Shown: positions 36,391 to 50,700 of the stretch, one piece after another
Position numbering within the stretch: position 1 is the stretch's first letter
Layout of the letters: each line of letters starts with the position of its first letter
Origin: the human T2T-CHM13v2.0 reference genome, Homo sapiens
Strand: one strand, 5' to 3'
Assembly (NCBI RefSeq): GCF_009914755.1
Contig: NC_060938.1
DNA length: 64,000 nucleotides
Translations under genes and position numbers: made by a program
The notes under the pieces: model-generated
Databases searched by the model: none
Told to the model about the DNA's origin: nothing
Seen by the model: only the letters and a program-made list of their open reading frames with translations

Positions 36391-36914
36391 GAGGTGGAGA
36401 TCTCTAGGGGTAGCCCCGGGTCTCCTTTGTTCCATGCACTTGTGAAGTCCTCTTTCCTTGGAAGGGAGTGCAGGCTGAGGACATGGGTTGCCATGGTCAC
36501 CTGTTGCTCTGTGAGGTTTGGTCTCCTTTGCTCAGGCCTGGCTATCCATTGCTGACAAAGAAAGCTGGTTTGCCTGGCCTGGGTCCCTGCTGCCCACTGC
36601 AGTGACTCTTGCTTAGTGCCTTGTGTGTGGGCAGCCCTCAGGGAGGAGGGGATGATCCCAACTTAGAAATTCGGCAGACTGCCTTCTCAGTTTAAAAAAA
36701 AAATCAGAGTAAATCTCCGCACAACTTGAGTGTTCAGGAGCCTGTCAGCAGCAACCATCCTGAGTCTTCCCCCTGGGATTGGTGAAACAGCTACTTTGGG
36801 GCTCATTTTAAATTTTTCTTCTAAAGCTGTCACAGAATAGAGAATAGTCGGAGACTCTCAGAGCTGGAAGGGACCTGGGTGATCACTGTGCCAATGCTAA
36901 TATTCTATTCACTT

Positions 36915-37160
36915 TTTCATTCATTTGTTCATCCAGCAGATATTTATTAAACACCTATTATATGCAGGCACTATACCAGGTGCTGGGAATACAGCCACCA
37001 TCAAGAGAGACGTTTAGTTTATCCCTGATGGAATTTAAGCTTAGGTGGAAGGGCAAGCGGTAGACAACACAAGTATGTCTATAATTACACATTATGATGA
37101 GTGTTCTGAAGGCAAAGTATTGGGGGGCACTGAGAATTAGAGAGACCTAATTTAGAATGA
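36915..37160 (-). mobile_element. L2 3' region
   Basis: ttcattcatttgttcatccagcagatatttattaaacacctattatatgcaggcactataccaggtgctgggaatacag. Confidence 0.8.
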
Positions 37161-37466
37161 TGGGGCCGGGGGGGACAATGATAGCTAAAATTCGTTGAGC
37201 ACTCACCGTCTGCAGGCCCTGCTGCAAGGGCTTCACAAGTATCACCTCATTTAATTTTCACAATGAGTCTTGGAGAAGAGCTAATGTTATTATTGTTGCC
37301 TTGTTACGGAAGAGGGAACTGATACATGGAAAGGTGCCCAGTCTGGAACTAAAACCAAAGCTTGTAAGGCTCTCCTACACTTAACATCCCACCGAGATGT
37401 TTTTGCTGAGAACTGAAGGACAGATGGGGGTCAGAAAAAACAGAGAAATTAGGAAAGTACTGATAA

Positions 37467-37856
<390 letters not shown>

Positions 37857-39059
37857 TAGGATAAGTAGGAATTCTTATCCCTTTTTTTGCAGGTGAGAAA
37901 AAATAAGTTTTTGGGAGGTTCAGTGACTTTCGATAGGAAGCAGCTGGGTGTGGCAGAGCTGAGTCTGGAGCCAGGGCCTCTTGTCTCTGGGCTTCTGTCT
38001 GTGCGATGGCACAGTTCCCAGGCGGCGGACATCTCTGCATCCTGCCTGGACATCACCTGCTGGGTAATGCTAACAATGGCAGGTTGGGAGGCAAGGAGGA
38101 TCCCCCACAGTCCATTGGCCTCTTGTTCTGGGCCTGGGAGAACCCAGAATAAGGATGAAACAAGGGACGTCTTTAGGGCATGCCGGCCCCTCTGTGCTGA
38201 AAGGAAGCTCCATTTTTCTTCCTTCTGGCAAGAACCATCAGGCCAGCCCTCTTCCTGGTCTGCTGGCCCTGGAAACCACAGTAAATGACTTTTTCAGGTA
38301 ATACCCTCCATTGCCTTTTTTCTCTCCTCTTCCCTTTCATCCCTAGTTGCTAATTAGTGAGATGCTTGTTACTTGCAGTTTTGTGTCCCACCCTCTGCGT
38401 GGTGCCTACTGGAACACTGTCCCTGCCTGCTCACCCAAGTTGTGTGGTCCCCTGGCCCAACTGAGCTGACCAGTAGATATGAGTGTAGGTAGGAAGAAGT
38501 ACAGGGACTTAGTTATGAATTCTGTCTAGAGCCAGGAGAAGGAGGCAAGAAGGTGAAGAAAGAGAAAGGAGATGTGTCAATGGGGCATGATAAAATATTA
38601 AATTCCTGAAAGGTTTGCCAGGATGTGGAGTTCATTTCTTTCATATCCATTCCCAGTCCTGCAGGTGAGTGAGTCTGCACATGGGGACAAGTGCCCCGTG
38701 AGATAGAGGTTCCTCTATGTTCTGACTGAAATCTCTTCTGGGGTTGAAGGGCTGGTTCTGGCAAGGGGAGAAGCTAGAAGTGGGCAGGCTGGCTTTCTGT
38801 CTGTTTTTCTTCAGGTCTTGGGGTAAAGGGAGCTGCCTCCATACTGGGCTCTGATTCTGATGAGACTAACATTTGAAAGCAATAGCTTGACTCTACAGAT
38901 TTCTGAAATCAAGATAGAAAAGGGAAGGTGGGGAAGCTTTCTCCAAGAAGGGGCGGATGTGTGGGAAGTAAGAAGGTTGCCTCGTGTGTGGGTTGTAGAG
39001 TTTGGATGACAGTCACTTTTTTCTTTTTTTGTACATGTAGTTATTTATTTATTTTACAA

Positions 39060-39400
39060 CAATTAACTCCTTACAAATGTGAGTTGATGATTTTCTTATT
39101 ACAAAATAATATATGTTTGTTATAGAACATTAAGAAAACACCAAAAACAAAAATAAGTCACCTATAAATCTCCCCGCCAGAGATAACCAATGGGAGAATT
39201 TTGATATCTATCATTCCAGCTTAATTTCTAAGCATCTGCAATCCAGGGTGTGTTATTTTGTTTTTAAAGAAGTTCATTCACTCATTTAACAAGTACTAAT
39301 TGAGCGCCCGCTCGATGCCAGGCACTGGAATCACATTTTGGAAGCTGTCACACTAGCCTGATTTTTCACATAAAGATGCATCACGAACACTTTTCCACAA
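39060..39400 (-). mobile_element. Old L1M 3' end fragment
   Basis: ttttcttattacaaaataatatatgtttgttatagaac...agtcacctataaatc...ccagagataacca. Confidence 0.6.
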
Positions 39401-40129
39401 CAGCCACTCATGTCTTTGAGCTTCCAGATTTAGCTTTTGGGTGTAATGAGGCAGTTGGCAAATTTTGGCATCTCAAGTCTTATGTCTTAAGAGGGAAGGA
39501 AACACTGCAGGGCTTCTCTCTCTTTGGCGTCTATGGCAGTACCATATTAGACTCCTAGGGAGAAAATGTGTCTTTTTACTCAGAAAATAAGAAAGGGAGA
39601 GAAGCTGTTTTAGACAGTGGGAAAGACTCTAACCTTTTATTTAATATTGGCATCTGGCATTTCTCCAAATGAGAGGTTTAGAGAGGGAAGGTTCCATTTT
39701 CCTCACAGAATCTTGACTCCTTAGAGAGTGCATAGAAATGTAAAGCCTATGGCTAGCTCACCTCCAGCGTAGAGATGAGGACCAGGAGTGGCTAGATGAC
39801 TTGTCCAGGGACACACATGTGGTTGACAGCAGAGCCGTGTCTGGAGCCTGGGGAGCTGAACTAGGGAGTTGCGCAAGTAGTTGGGGCAGATTTGGTAAAA
39901 AGTGGTCCAGCCCTTGCTGGGTGGATGGAGGAACCCTGCTGGTGTTGCTCGAGTTTGGATGCTGTGCTTAAAGGAGGTTTATGATACAGATTTGATTTCT
40001 TCATCTCTGAGATGTACATCTGGGGCTGTATAGAGGACTGAGGAGTGAGAGAGAAGAAGGGAATGCCTTCTGCAAAGCCACTGCTATACACGGACCAAGC
40101 TGGTTGAGCTGGCACTGTGTGGGCTTCCA

Positions 40130-41010
40130 CAAATTCAATTCTGCAAGTATCTATTGGACACTTCCTTTGCCCAGGGCATTGCATTTAGTGCTAGGAATAC
40201 AGAGAAGAGTAATGGTTGACATTCTTTAGTGGAGGATGATATGAATGTACCTAATCACTGCAGGAGGCCTCGATCTATTATAGGATAGAGGGAACCCAGG
40301 GGTTTCGATGGAGGGAGTAATGACCTCCTGCCAGTGAAGGGAGTGTGAAGAAGTCTTCCCCAAGGAGGTGGAATTTAAAGAATATCAGCAGATGTGGAGA
40401 GAAGGACTAAGGATGACAGGCCAGGGAAGTAGCATGATGAAAGGAAAGAAATGGAGAGATTCCTCCAAATACACAGGGGATCAAAATTTCCAGCACATGG
40501 GTGGAGGGCTGAGTAAGAAATGGGGCTGAAAGGGTATGCTGAGTCAGGGTTCTGAAGAACCTGGAATGGTAGGAGATTCAGTTAGGATGATCCCTATTAT
40601 AAGAATCCTAACTTAATCTGAATCCATTGAGGAATTTGTAGGGGATGGGGTTCACATGAGTAAAATTTCAGGTGATGGACCTCAGCTTTGGGTCAGTTAG
40701 GGGTGCCTGATATAATCTCAGCCTAGGCTGGCTCTGCTCATGGGAGTGAAGTGGTCTGCAGCTTGAGAGCTCACACCAGCACACCTCACAATGAAGATCT
40801 GGAGAGAATGACTTGTCCACCAGCCACTGAACAAAATTCTCAGGCTTTATTTTGGTTGGACCAACATGGATCAAATATCTGTCTTTGGACCAATCACAGT
40901 GGGACGCTCCTGTAGCTAGACCATGGGTGGGGACTAGAGTGGACTTGGGGAGATGCAAGAGAGTGAACACAAGCATTTGGACTTTAGTCTGTGTGTCCTT
41001 GGAGCATGGT
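40130..41010 (-). mobile_element. L2 fragment (~40130-40595) followed by an old ERVL/MaLR LTR remnant (~40596-41010)
   Basis: L2: caagtatctattggacac...gtgctaggaatacagagaaga. LTR-like: ttggttggaccaacatggatca...ggaccaatcacagtgg. Confidence 0.5.
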
Positions 41011-43899
41011 ATGTATTGGTGCATGGGGTGGCTTGTTCATCTTTGTGGTAATAGAACTCCAGGGGTGGTAATGTCCCTGGATTTGGCAGAATCAGGGACA
41101 GGAAGGACACTGCCTGGCTGACACTGGCTCTACTGTCTCAGCAGAAGCCACTAAGCTGGGCCATAGAGCCAATTCTAGAATCTAGTCCATGGAGGTACAT
41201 TTGACACATCTTGGCATTGGGCAGGAAAGAGGAGAGGCAGAGTGAAAGGGTGACAGTAAAGGACCCAGCCAGTCTTCGTTGGTCAATGTTGTTCTCCTAT
41301 GGTTTTCATCACTCTTCAGAGAAAAGAGGCTAAGAATCTTTTAGGGGATCCTGAGGGTTGGTGCTTTCTGCAAAATACCTCTAAAAGGCCTTGTGGCTTC
41401 CCAGGCAGAGCCTGAGGTGCAGGAACCTGAGTTCATGCTTTATGGATTTGAGTCTTTTATTCTTTTTGCAGCGTGTACATGCATAGCTCCTCTAGGATTG
41501 GCTTTGATTGATAGTTGCCTTTGCAACATTACCATTTCCTCAGGGATCTGATGTCTTCAGAATCGCTGCGCTGGTTTCCATTTGTATTTAGTGGGCCCTC
41601 ACTGGGTGGTTATGCGCTCTGGACTATGTTTGGAGAATTAATTTGCTTTATGCCTCAAAGTCAATAGGACGCTTTTTGTTTCTGCTCCTTGAAATGGACG
41701 TAGAAGCCTTTTTAATAGGGGGTCCTCTCCCTGAGCTGGCAAAAGAGGGCTTTTCTGACTTGGTGATTTTCCTCCTGTGTGTGGATCTGTTGGGGTGGCT
41801 GAAAACTAAGCTGCAGTAGGGGAGATAAAAGGGACAGGATAGTGGTGGGAACATGATGCTCCCTGATTTCAGATGGTCACACTGCTCTAGCTGGCTTTTG
41901 GGAGAGCCCTAGACTTGGAAGAAAGGGGATGCTGGCAAAAAAGCTTTGATTATCAGCTTTGTCATTCCTAAGCCATATGACCCTAAACACTTGGCTTTTA
42001 AATTTCAGAAAACAGTCATGGAATACCTGCATGCCAGGACTATCTTGGACATGTGCATGCTTCTTTTTTTTGAAGTAGCCCTAAGGTGACAGTGAGCATG
42101 ACGCTCGGAGTTATCAAGGGGCTACTTTGTGCATGGATTGTGCCCAAGCTTTTCGTGTGCTGTTCAGATCGTCATGAAGCCCCATGAGGCAGGTATTAGT
42201 GTCTTCACTTTACAAATGACAAAAACAGAGGCTCTGACAGGTTAAGTAATTTGCCCAAGATCTCTTAGCAAGTATGTGAGGTGTAAATCTGAGAGATGTT
42301 TTGGTGGTGTGTGTGTGTGTTTTTTTTTTTTCCTCAAAGCTTGCAATGCTCTGGGTTTCAAGATGTGGAGGGAAAAGCATGAGCTTTGGGGTCACTCATG
42401 CAGACTTGGGTAGGTAACTCCCTGCTTTTTGTTTACTAGTTGAGTGATTACCTCCTGCGTCTACATGCCATTCAGAGGTAATACCATCATCTTTGTAGTT
42501 GGGGATGGCTTAGAATCAAGTGACATGTGCAAGGTCATCTAATCTAGTAGTTGGTGCAGCCAGGATTGGTACCCACATGGTCTGATGTTAGAATCCACAC
42601 TCAACACTTCACATCACTCTGGTTCTGGTTTATAGGAGCTGTGGCCACAGTAATAACGATGGCCAAATTCTGCTAATAGGAAGTCTTCGCTTCTGGTGAT
42701 GGATGGAGCAGGCATGGAGATTTTCTTTTCATTTTTCTCTTTCCTTCCTAATAACCTCTACCAGGATTTTCTTGGAAGTAGGAGCTGAAGAAGTGAGAGT
42801 CGGGGCTAACTGAACTATTAGGATTTTAGTTGTTTTTTTTTTTTTTTTTTTGAGGTTGGGTGGGGATGTGGGATAGGTTGAGGCAGGAGGTACGAGAACT
42901 CATCAGATAGCTGAGTGGAATATGCTAGAAGCTTTCATGTGTACTGTGGAGGAAGGGGAGTCCCTATGTAGAGTTGGGAAATTTGAGCTCTAATTACAAC
43001 TTCACTACCAATTCACTGTATGCTCTTTAACTTTTCTAAAATGAGTATTCGGTAAATTAACACATAGGGAGCACTCGGGCCATGTGACTGTCCTCCACAT
43101 ACTCCTGCACAGCTAATATTGTCACCCTGGCTTTAGAGATGGAGAAACAGGATGGATTAAATGGCTCATGGCTCCCCAGCTAGTAAGTGTTACATCCGGG
43201 ACGAAAAACAGGACTGCAGGATTCAAGGTTTTTCCCCTATAGGATACTTGTGTTTAGAAAAAGATTGTAGTCTAACTCCTTTTCCACCCCATGACAGTTG
43301 GGGAAACTGAGGCTTAGAGGTCAAGTGATTTGATCAAGATCCCACAGTGTGAGGAGCCATCTGAGATCAAGGTCATGGGATCTCCAGGTCAAGGTTACCT
43401 CCCACCTGGAGCGCAGATGTGATTCCAGGGAGGGAACTGGAAAGACTGATAGGGCATTAGGGATACAGTACTGTGTTTAGAGCCTGATTTCTGGCTCATT
43501 GGAAGACTGGGGGGCAAATCAGGAAACCAAGGCAGAAGCCTATGTGCAAGGCTAGACAACCACTTTGGGGTCAGATGCCATGGAAAATTGGGCAACAAGG
43601 ACAATTGCAGATCTTGTAAGTAGGTGGAGCTCTGCCTACAGATGGGGGAAGGTATGGGCTGCTATGTTCATTGAGTTCTTGGCAGTGTGGTTATTATAAT
43701 TTGGATTTCTTAAGGCCTAAGACATAGACTTTGGAATCAGAGCAGCCAAATGTGAATGCAGGTGAGTTCTGTGTGTGCAAACTTGGGCAAGTAATTTCCC
43801 TTCTCAGAGTCTCAGATTTGTCATTTACAAAATAGCAATGGCGTCATACCTACCCTACGGATTCCTACAGGTTGGTTGGGAATATTGAGGAGTTGTCAG

Positions 43900-45185
43900 T
43901 AAATTATCTACTTTAGTGCTCTCAGAATGATGTCTGGCCTGGACCTCTCGCCAGACTCACTTTGTGTATGCATCTGCTTGATCACCATCTCTACTTGTGT
44001 GTCTAATTCTAATTCAAATAAAATCTTTCTTGCTTTAACATCTTTTGATTTTACCTCCTGCCCCAATCTGCTCCTCCCAGACTTCTCTATTTTAGAAATA
44101 GGCAACTCCACCCACCTAGTTGCTCAGACCTAACAGACTTAGAACAGTTTTCAACTCCTTTCTTGCTCTCACATCCCACATCCAATCTACCAGCGAATCC
44201 TGTCAGCTCTGCCTTAAAAATGGACCTGGAATATGACTATACTTCTTACCTCTGTGGTCCAAGCCGCCCCCACCACCACTTGCCTAGATGTCTGCAGTGA
44301 CCTCCTTACTGTGCTCCTGCTCCCACTCTTGACTCTGTGCATTTGTTTCTCCACTCAGCAGGCTGGAGTGATCCTTTAATAAGTAGGTCAGATCATGTTA
44401 TTCTGCTCAAAACCCTCTGCTGGCCTCCTGTTCCACTCTGAGTAAGCCCCAAGGTCTTCACAACCACCTGCAGTGTCCCCTGGGCCTGGCCCTGGCACCC
44501 AGCACCTTCCTGCCCTTCTGCCTCCTCTTCCATTCTTTTGCCTCTTCTGACTCAGCCATGCTGGCCTCCTTGATGCCACTTAAACTCTCTGATCCCAGTC
44601 CCACCTCCAAGCCTTTGTCCCGGCAATTTTCCGGGCCATTTTTTTTTTTCCTTTTTTGAGATGGAGTCTTGTTCTGTCGCCCAGGCTGGAGTGCAGTGGT
44701 GCAATCTCGGCTCACTGCAACCTCCACTTCCGGGTTTGAGCAATTCTCCTGCCTCAGCTTCCCAAGTAGCTGGGACTACAGGCATGCGCCACCACACCTA
44801 GATAATTTTTGTATTTTTAGTAGAGATGGGATTTCACCATGTTGGTGAGGCTGGTCTCAAACTCCTGACTTCAGGTGATCCATCCTGGCCATTTCATGTT
44901 CCCAGGTCTGTGCATAGATGAGCCTCATTGTGGAAGTCTCCCCCAACTACCCTTTCCACAACAGCACTTTCCTCCCCTAGCACTCTGGCCGTCCTTACCG
45001 TACTTCGTATTCATAGCCCTTGCCACCATCTGACGTGTTACACATGTGTTTATTTTGCTTATCACTTGTCTCATCTGAATAGGGTCTCATCACCCTGAAG
45101 GCTGGTTGGGGCTTTAACTGGTTCACAAACAGCACCTTGTACATGGTGAGCACTCAGTGAACACCTGCTGAATGAACAAATACCT
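43900..45185 (+). mobile_element. Long L2 3' fragment interrupted by an Alu
   Basis: aggcaactccacccacctagttgctcagacc...aatcctgtcagctctgcctt...gtcagatcatgttattctgctcaaaaccctc...cacctgctgaatgaacaaat. Confidence 0.85.
44642..44882 (-). mobile_element. AluS lacking its first ~50 nt
   Basis: The reverse Alu stops at caggtgatcca. It is flanked by tcc(g/t)ggccattt at 44630-44641 and 44883-44894. Confidence 0.9.
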
Positions 45186-45583
45186 TTCCTTCCCTCTTCC
45201 ACAATTGAGGCACATTGTTACATTGGGCCACTTCTTGCCTAGTCCTTGAGGGCCAAATGAGAATGTCTCACCCTCCTATCCTCAGTTCCCTTTCAGGAAC
45301 TACCTTCCACAGACAAAGCCTGGAACTTTCTCATTTTGAACAGGAATACCTGTGCCATGTGCATTGCAAAATAACAACACAAACTAGAAAACAACAAAAT
45401 TCAGAAAACAGAGAAATTCATAGAAAAGAAAATGAAGATCACCTGGAATTCCACCTCCCAGAAAGAACCACTGTGACAGCCGATGCCCATCTTTCAGGCT
45501 TTCCTCTAAGTCACAGATTTCTTCTCGGGAGAGGATTGGGAAGAACATTATACAAATGAGCATATCATTGAGGAAGCTGGTGA

Positions 45584-46021
<438 letters not shown>

Positions 46022-47092
46022 TGAAAGGAAATCGATTTGTTTCTAACCAGGTAAGCGTCCTACATAAGGGAAGACAATGAAATTTCCTCAGAAAAGTACA
46101 AGGAAAATTCATTTTCCCTTATTTTTCAAAGCATCTGCTTGGATAGAGCTGTAAAACCAGAAGAACTGTGTGTTTCATTACAAGCAAATTCACAACTGGT
46201 GGGGTGTGGGGCTGGGCCAGGGGGATGACCATTGGTGAAGGACTAACTTACATGTTTCAGAAGCTTTACACATGGTAGTTAACTCATTGCCTTCTCATGG
46301 TGATCTTGTGAGGTGGACTTCATGGGTTGCATTTTACAGACAGAGCATGGTGGCTGAGAGAGGTTTTATGGCTTCCCTCGGTATACCCCTTTACAAGTGT
46401 GATTTGAACCTAGACTGACTCCAGAGCCTGTATTTGTGACTGTGATGAAACATGCTTCAGAGCAGTCAGAACGGAGGGACAGACGGGCCAACATGGAAGT
46501 GCATTTGATGAGGCTGTGGGAGGAGGCTGAGACCTTCCCAGGGAGGACCCCTGCAGGCATTGGCCTCCGCTGCAATAGTCCCTTTCCCATAGCTCCCCAC
46601 CCTGATCTAGAGTTGCTTGGCTATGTGGCCAGATAGACTGGGAAAGCCTGGTTTCATCTCTTTGGCTTGGAAGTTTCCTTCCAGACATGTCTAGGGCTGG
46701 TGTGATGGAGGTGGGAATGTGGGAGTGGTGCCACCAGTGTGACTGAATGAGGAAAATCTTGAGATGGAAATGATGGGGGAACCAAGCAGACCCGTAGGTC
46801 ACTCTTTAGCTCAGGGCCTCTTGTGGCAAGTACCACCATGCCGATGGGTCAGAGTTCCAGAAACTGGGATGAGCAGGGGATATTAAATCATCCCTTCCCC
46901 TCTTTGAGCTGTGTGCCAACTCCTGGGTATCTGGCCCTGGTGAGGGGGGGAGGGTGGTCTGTTGCACTCATTGAGATCATGCCAGCTGGGCCAGTGGACT
47001 GAGGTACAAAATCCTGGTATTCCTGTGTGGGGCTGCCACGAGGCCCCTTTGGAGAGATCTGAGCTATATCCCTGCCCCCTTTGGCTGCCCGA

Positions 47093-47094
<2 letters not shown>

Positions 47095-47145
<51 letters not shown>
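47095..47145. repeat. (GT)17(GA)8 compound microsatellite
   Basis: Read directly from the sequence. Confidence 0.95.
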
Positions 47146-48583
47146 CATACATGTGTGCAAGTGTGTAAGTGCAGGGTGTGTGTTGTCAGGATATTGTTAC
47201 ACTGCCTAAGGGCAGGAGATGGCTCCTGGCTATTAATACTGCTCAGATGTTAAACTGATACGGGCACTCAGATCTTATCCATAGAGTGAGGAGATGCCTG
47301 TGGTGTCATTGTCACTCCTGAATTTTGAAACCTGTCTGGGAAGGAGGCAGAGAGGGACTCAACTCAGGTAGTGGTACAGGGCTTGGGGTGGGGTGCTTAT
47401 TTATGCTTTAGCTGGATAGGAGATACTGAACTCACCATTGCTCTGCAAAAATAGCCTCTCTCCGTTCTGTTTCTCAGAGAAAAAGAAGACTTCTTGGATT
47501 TCATTCAATTCAACAAATCTTTATTGAGTACCTGCTGGGTTCAGACAGTGTAATAGGTGCTGGAGATGGAGTAGGGGTAGCAGTTGTGGGTGACAGCTGG
47601 CAGAGTCAAGACATATTTTGGTGATACTCTCTGAGCAGAGTTGATGATGGATTGGATATGAGGATGAGGGAGAGATCAGTGTGAAGAAGGACTCCCTGGG
47701 TGTTGATGTGAGGAGCCATCAGACGCTTGGCACCGAAATTCCTCTCCTAGAGAGGGTGGTGTGGCTCCAGAATGCTGGGGCAGACTTCAACGCAAAAACT
47801 GCACAAAGAGGGCAGGGGTAGGAGAGGCCCTGGGAGGTGTTAACCACTGAGCTTGAACCTTCGCATTTTTCTCTTTCTTAAAAGAAGTTACCATTAACCA
47901 GTACTTTCAATTTCTTCTCAACCTACCCAACGCCTTCTACCTTCCTGATACCCCACCTCTAATGGAATATGGGGAGAAGAAATTGACTTATTTACAATAT
48001 TTAGCAAGCTGAGAGAAAGTTTAGAAAGCCTGTTTGGCTTGGGACCCCAGAAGGCAAAGAGGTCCAGGTTCAATTCTGAGATAGTGGATATTATTGTTGC
48101 GGACAACTCCTTAAGGTTCTTGGGTAGAGCTTTAAGGCCATGAGAACTGCATGATTCAGTGCAAGCAAATTCATAACTAGGGGGGTTTGGGGCTGGGCCA
48201 GTGGATAAACTTTTCTTTCAAACAATTATGGAAGATTAGTGCTAAATTAAACTTTGGAGCTTGTCTCATTTAACCCCTCATTCTGGAAATACTTGAACTG
48301 AGGCTCAGAGAGGTTTAGGATTGCATAAAGTCACACAGCAGGTTGGTATGGCTTGGCATCCAGATGCGATTTTGCTTAAATAACTGTAAGTTTGGGTAGG
48401 GGAGCCTGGAAAAGCATCACATGAAAGGCTTTTAAAGAGTCAGGGCAGTGTTAGGAAACACAGGCTAGCCAGGGAGTCTGCTAGAGGGTAAGGGCCTATG
48501 TCTTACAAACAGAATTGGCTCCTTTTACTAAGAAACTTGAATATCAAGCACAAATGGACTGAAGAGGCCAAAGTTAGGTGTGA

Positions 48584-48809
<226 letters not shown>

Positions 48810-50339
48810 TTATGTCTGAACTGACCAGAAGACAGAGTTCAGAGTTCAAGGCATCTGGCAGCCCCTGCCCTTGGAAAGCCCTCCTGCCAGGCACTGGACC
48901 CATCAATGCATGGTGGCTTGAGGGCTCTGCCTTTCTCTCTCTGTACCTCACCCACCTGTCCTGCTAGACATGGTATCATAGTGCCCATCCTCTGCGGCTG
49001 GCTGCTAGGCTAACTCTCCCCCTCTGCATCTGGACTCTGGCCCATAGGCATAGAAAGGGGGCTGTGTCTATACTCCATCTAGTCCAGTGGAGGTAACGCA
49101 CGCTGGGTTTGGAGCGAGGACATGATGTGCGACCCACATCGGTCCCTTCCATCTGCGTGAAAAGGATTTTCTAGATGCAGTGGGCTGAGCACAATCATGA
49201 GAAACCACAGATTCATCCCATTGCAGCCTTGCTTTGGCGTTTTGATAGGCAACGTGGTGTTTGAGAGTACAGGACTGCAACATTTTTCTTTGACATTTAC
49301 CATGGAGGCTCATATCTGGTGCTCCTTATGTCTGCCCAGGAGAGTTGGGAGAAGGTCAGGGCAGTAAGCTCTGGTGAACATCTTGAGGTTAAACTCAACC
49401 CATTGCTGGGGAGTCCAAGCTCTGAGAGCCACCTGTGTGAGTCTTTTGATCTCTGATGTGCTACTTCTCTGAGTTCCAGTGAAGCTGTTGCTCAGTGGCT
49501 CAGAGTGTGGGCTCCTAGAATGTGTGATCTAGGTGAGGTCATTGCCACCTTGACCCTTTATAGTCAGGGCCTGGCCTGCCGGGCCTGGCTGCATCTGGCA
49601 GAAGAAGGGAGGACACGCTCATCTACCATGGTTGCCTAGGGCCTTGGGAAGAGTGGGAGAGCTACCTATGCTGCGGGTGGGTTAGAAGGAGAAGGGTGGG
49701 GTGAGCCAGAATGAGCAGAGGGGCTCCAGAGGCGGATGGCTACGGACAGGTGGCAGTAGTTGCAGAGGAGAGAAGGATGATCCAGCATGCTAGAGTAGAT
49801 ATCTCAGTCTTGGTCCTGGTCAGGCCAGCATTTCAGCCTTGAGCCCTCTCAGGGGCCCAGCCAGCAATCTACGCCCCGGCTGGCGCTGACCCCCTTGGCA
49901 CTGGTTTGAATGCCATTTGTCTTTGTGTCTAATCTGCAACGTGTGCAGATGCAGAAGTGGCTCAATTGATGACCTGTCTTCTGGAGCACTCAGGGGATCC
50001 TGGGAGGCTCTGTTGCTCAGACATTTCAGAGGTGTTAAGAAGCCCTTGGTGGAGATCTGTGTGGGGAGGTTAATTATGACTGTCCCCCGACCCCCCACCC
50101 TTTTTTTTCCCTGTCTGGTAACCTTGGCTTAATTTAAGTAAGTTTTAAATTTCAAGCTGAGATAATGTTTAAGAACTGTAGTTCTTGAAAAATTAGCTCT
50201 CAGGGAAAGAAAGAAAAATTAACCCGAAGAGGCCAGTATGAACCAGGCACTGTGCTAGGCATTGTTCCTGGTGTCATCCATTTGTTTCTTCACAGTGACC
50301 CTGGAGGGTGTTTGTTTGTTTAATTGCTCGATTGTTGGT

Positions 50340-50700
50340 TTGTTCATTCGTTCGTTCGTTCATTCATTCATTCATTCAATGTTTGTTGAGTGCCTAAGAT
50401 GTAGCACTCAAGGCACCATGGTGTAGTGAGTACAGGGAAGATCAGGCTTTCTGCTTTCATAGAGCCATGATTCTAGTGAGAGGGGTGATAGACAATAAAC
50501 ACATAACAATTAGATAATTTCAGACAGAAGTGACTGCCAGGAAGGAAATAAAACAAAGTAAAGGGTGGGTGTGTGACTTTAGAGAGGTGCGGGGACAGCC
50601 CATCTGGGGAGATGACATCTGAGCTAAGACTTGAGGGATGAGAGAGCGAGAGCAACGGAAGAGCTGAGGAGAGCAACTGCGGGCGTCTTGGGTGGGCGTG
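50340..50700 (-). mobile_element. L2 3' region with (TTCA/TTCG)n tail
   Basis: ttcgttcgttcattcattcattcattcaatgtttgttgagtgcc...ctgctttcatagagc...ggagatgacatctgagctaagacttgagggatgagag. Confidence 0.8.

Noticed and set aside
49122-49128. C-box-like ATGATG near the hairpin, suggesting a snoRNA
   Set aside because: The C box is incomplete and there is no terminal stem with a properly placed D box.
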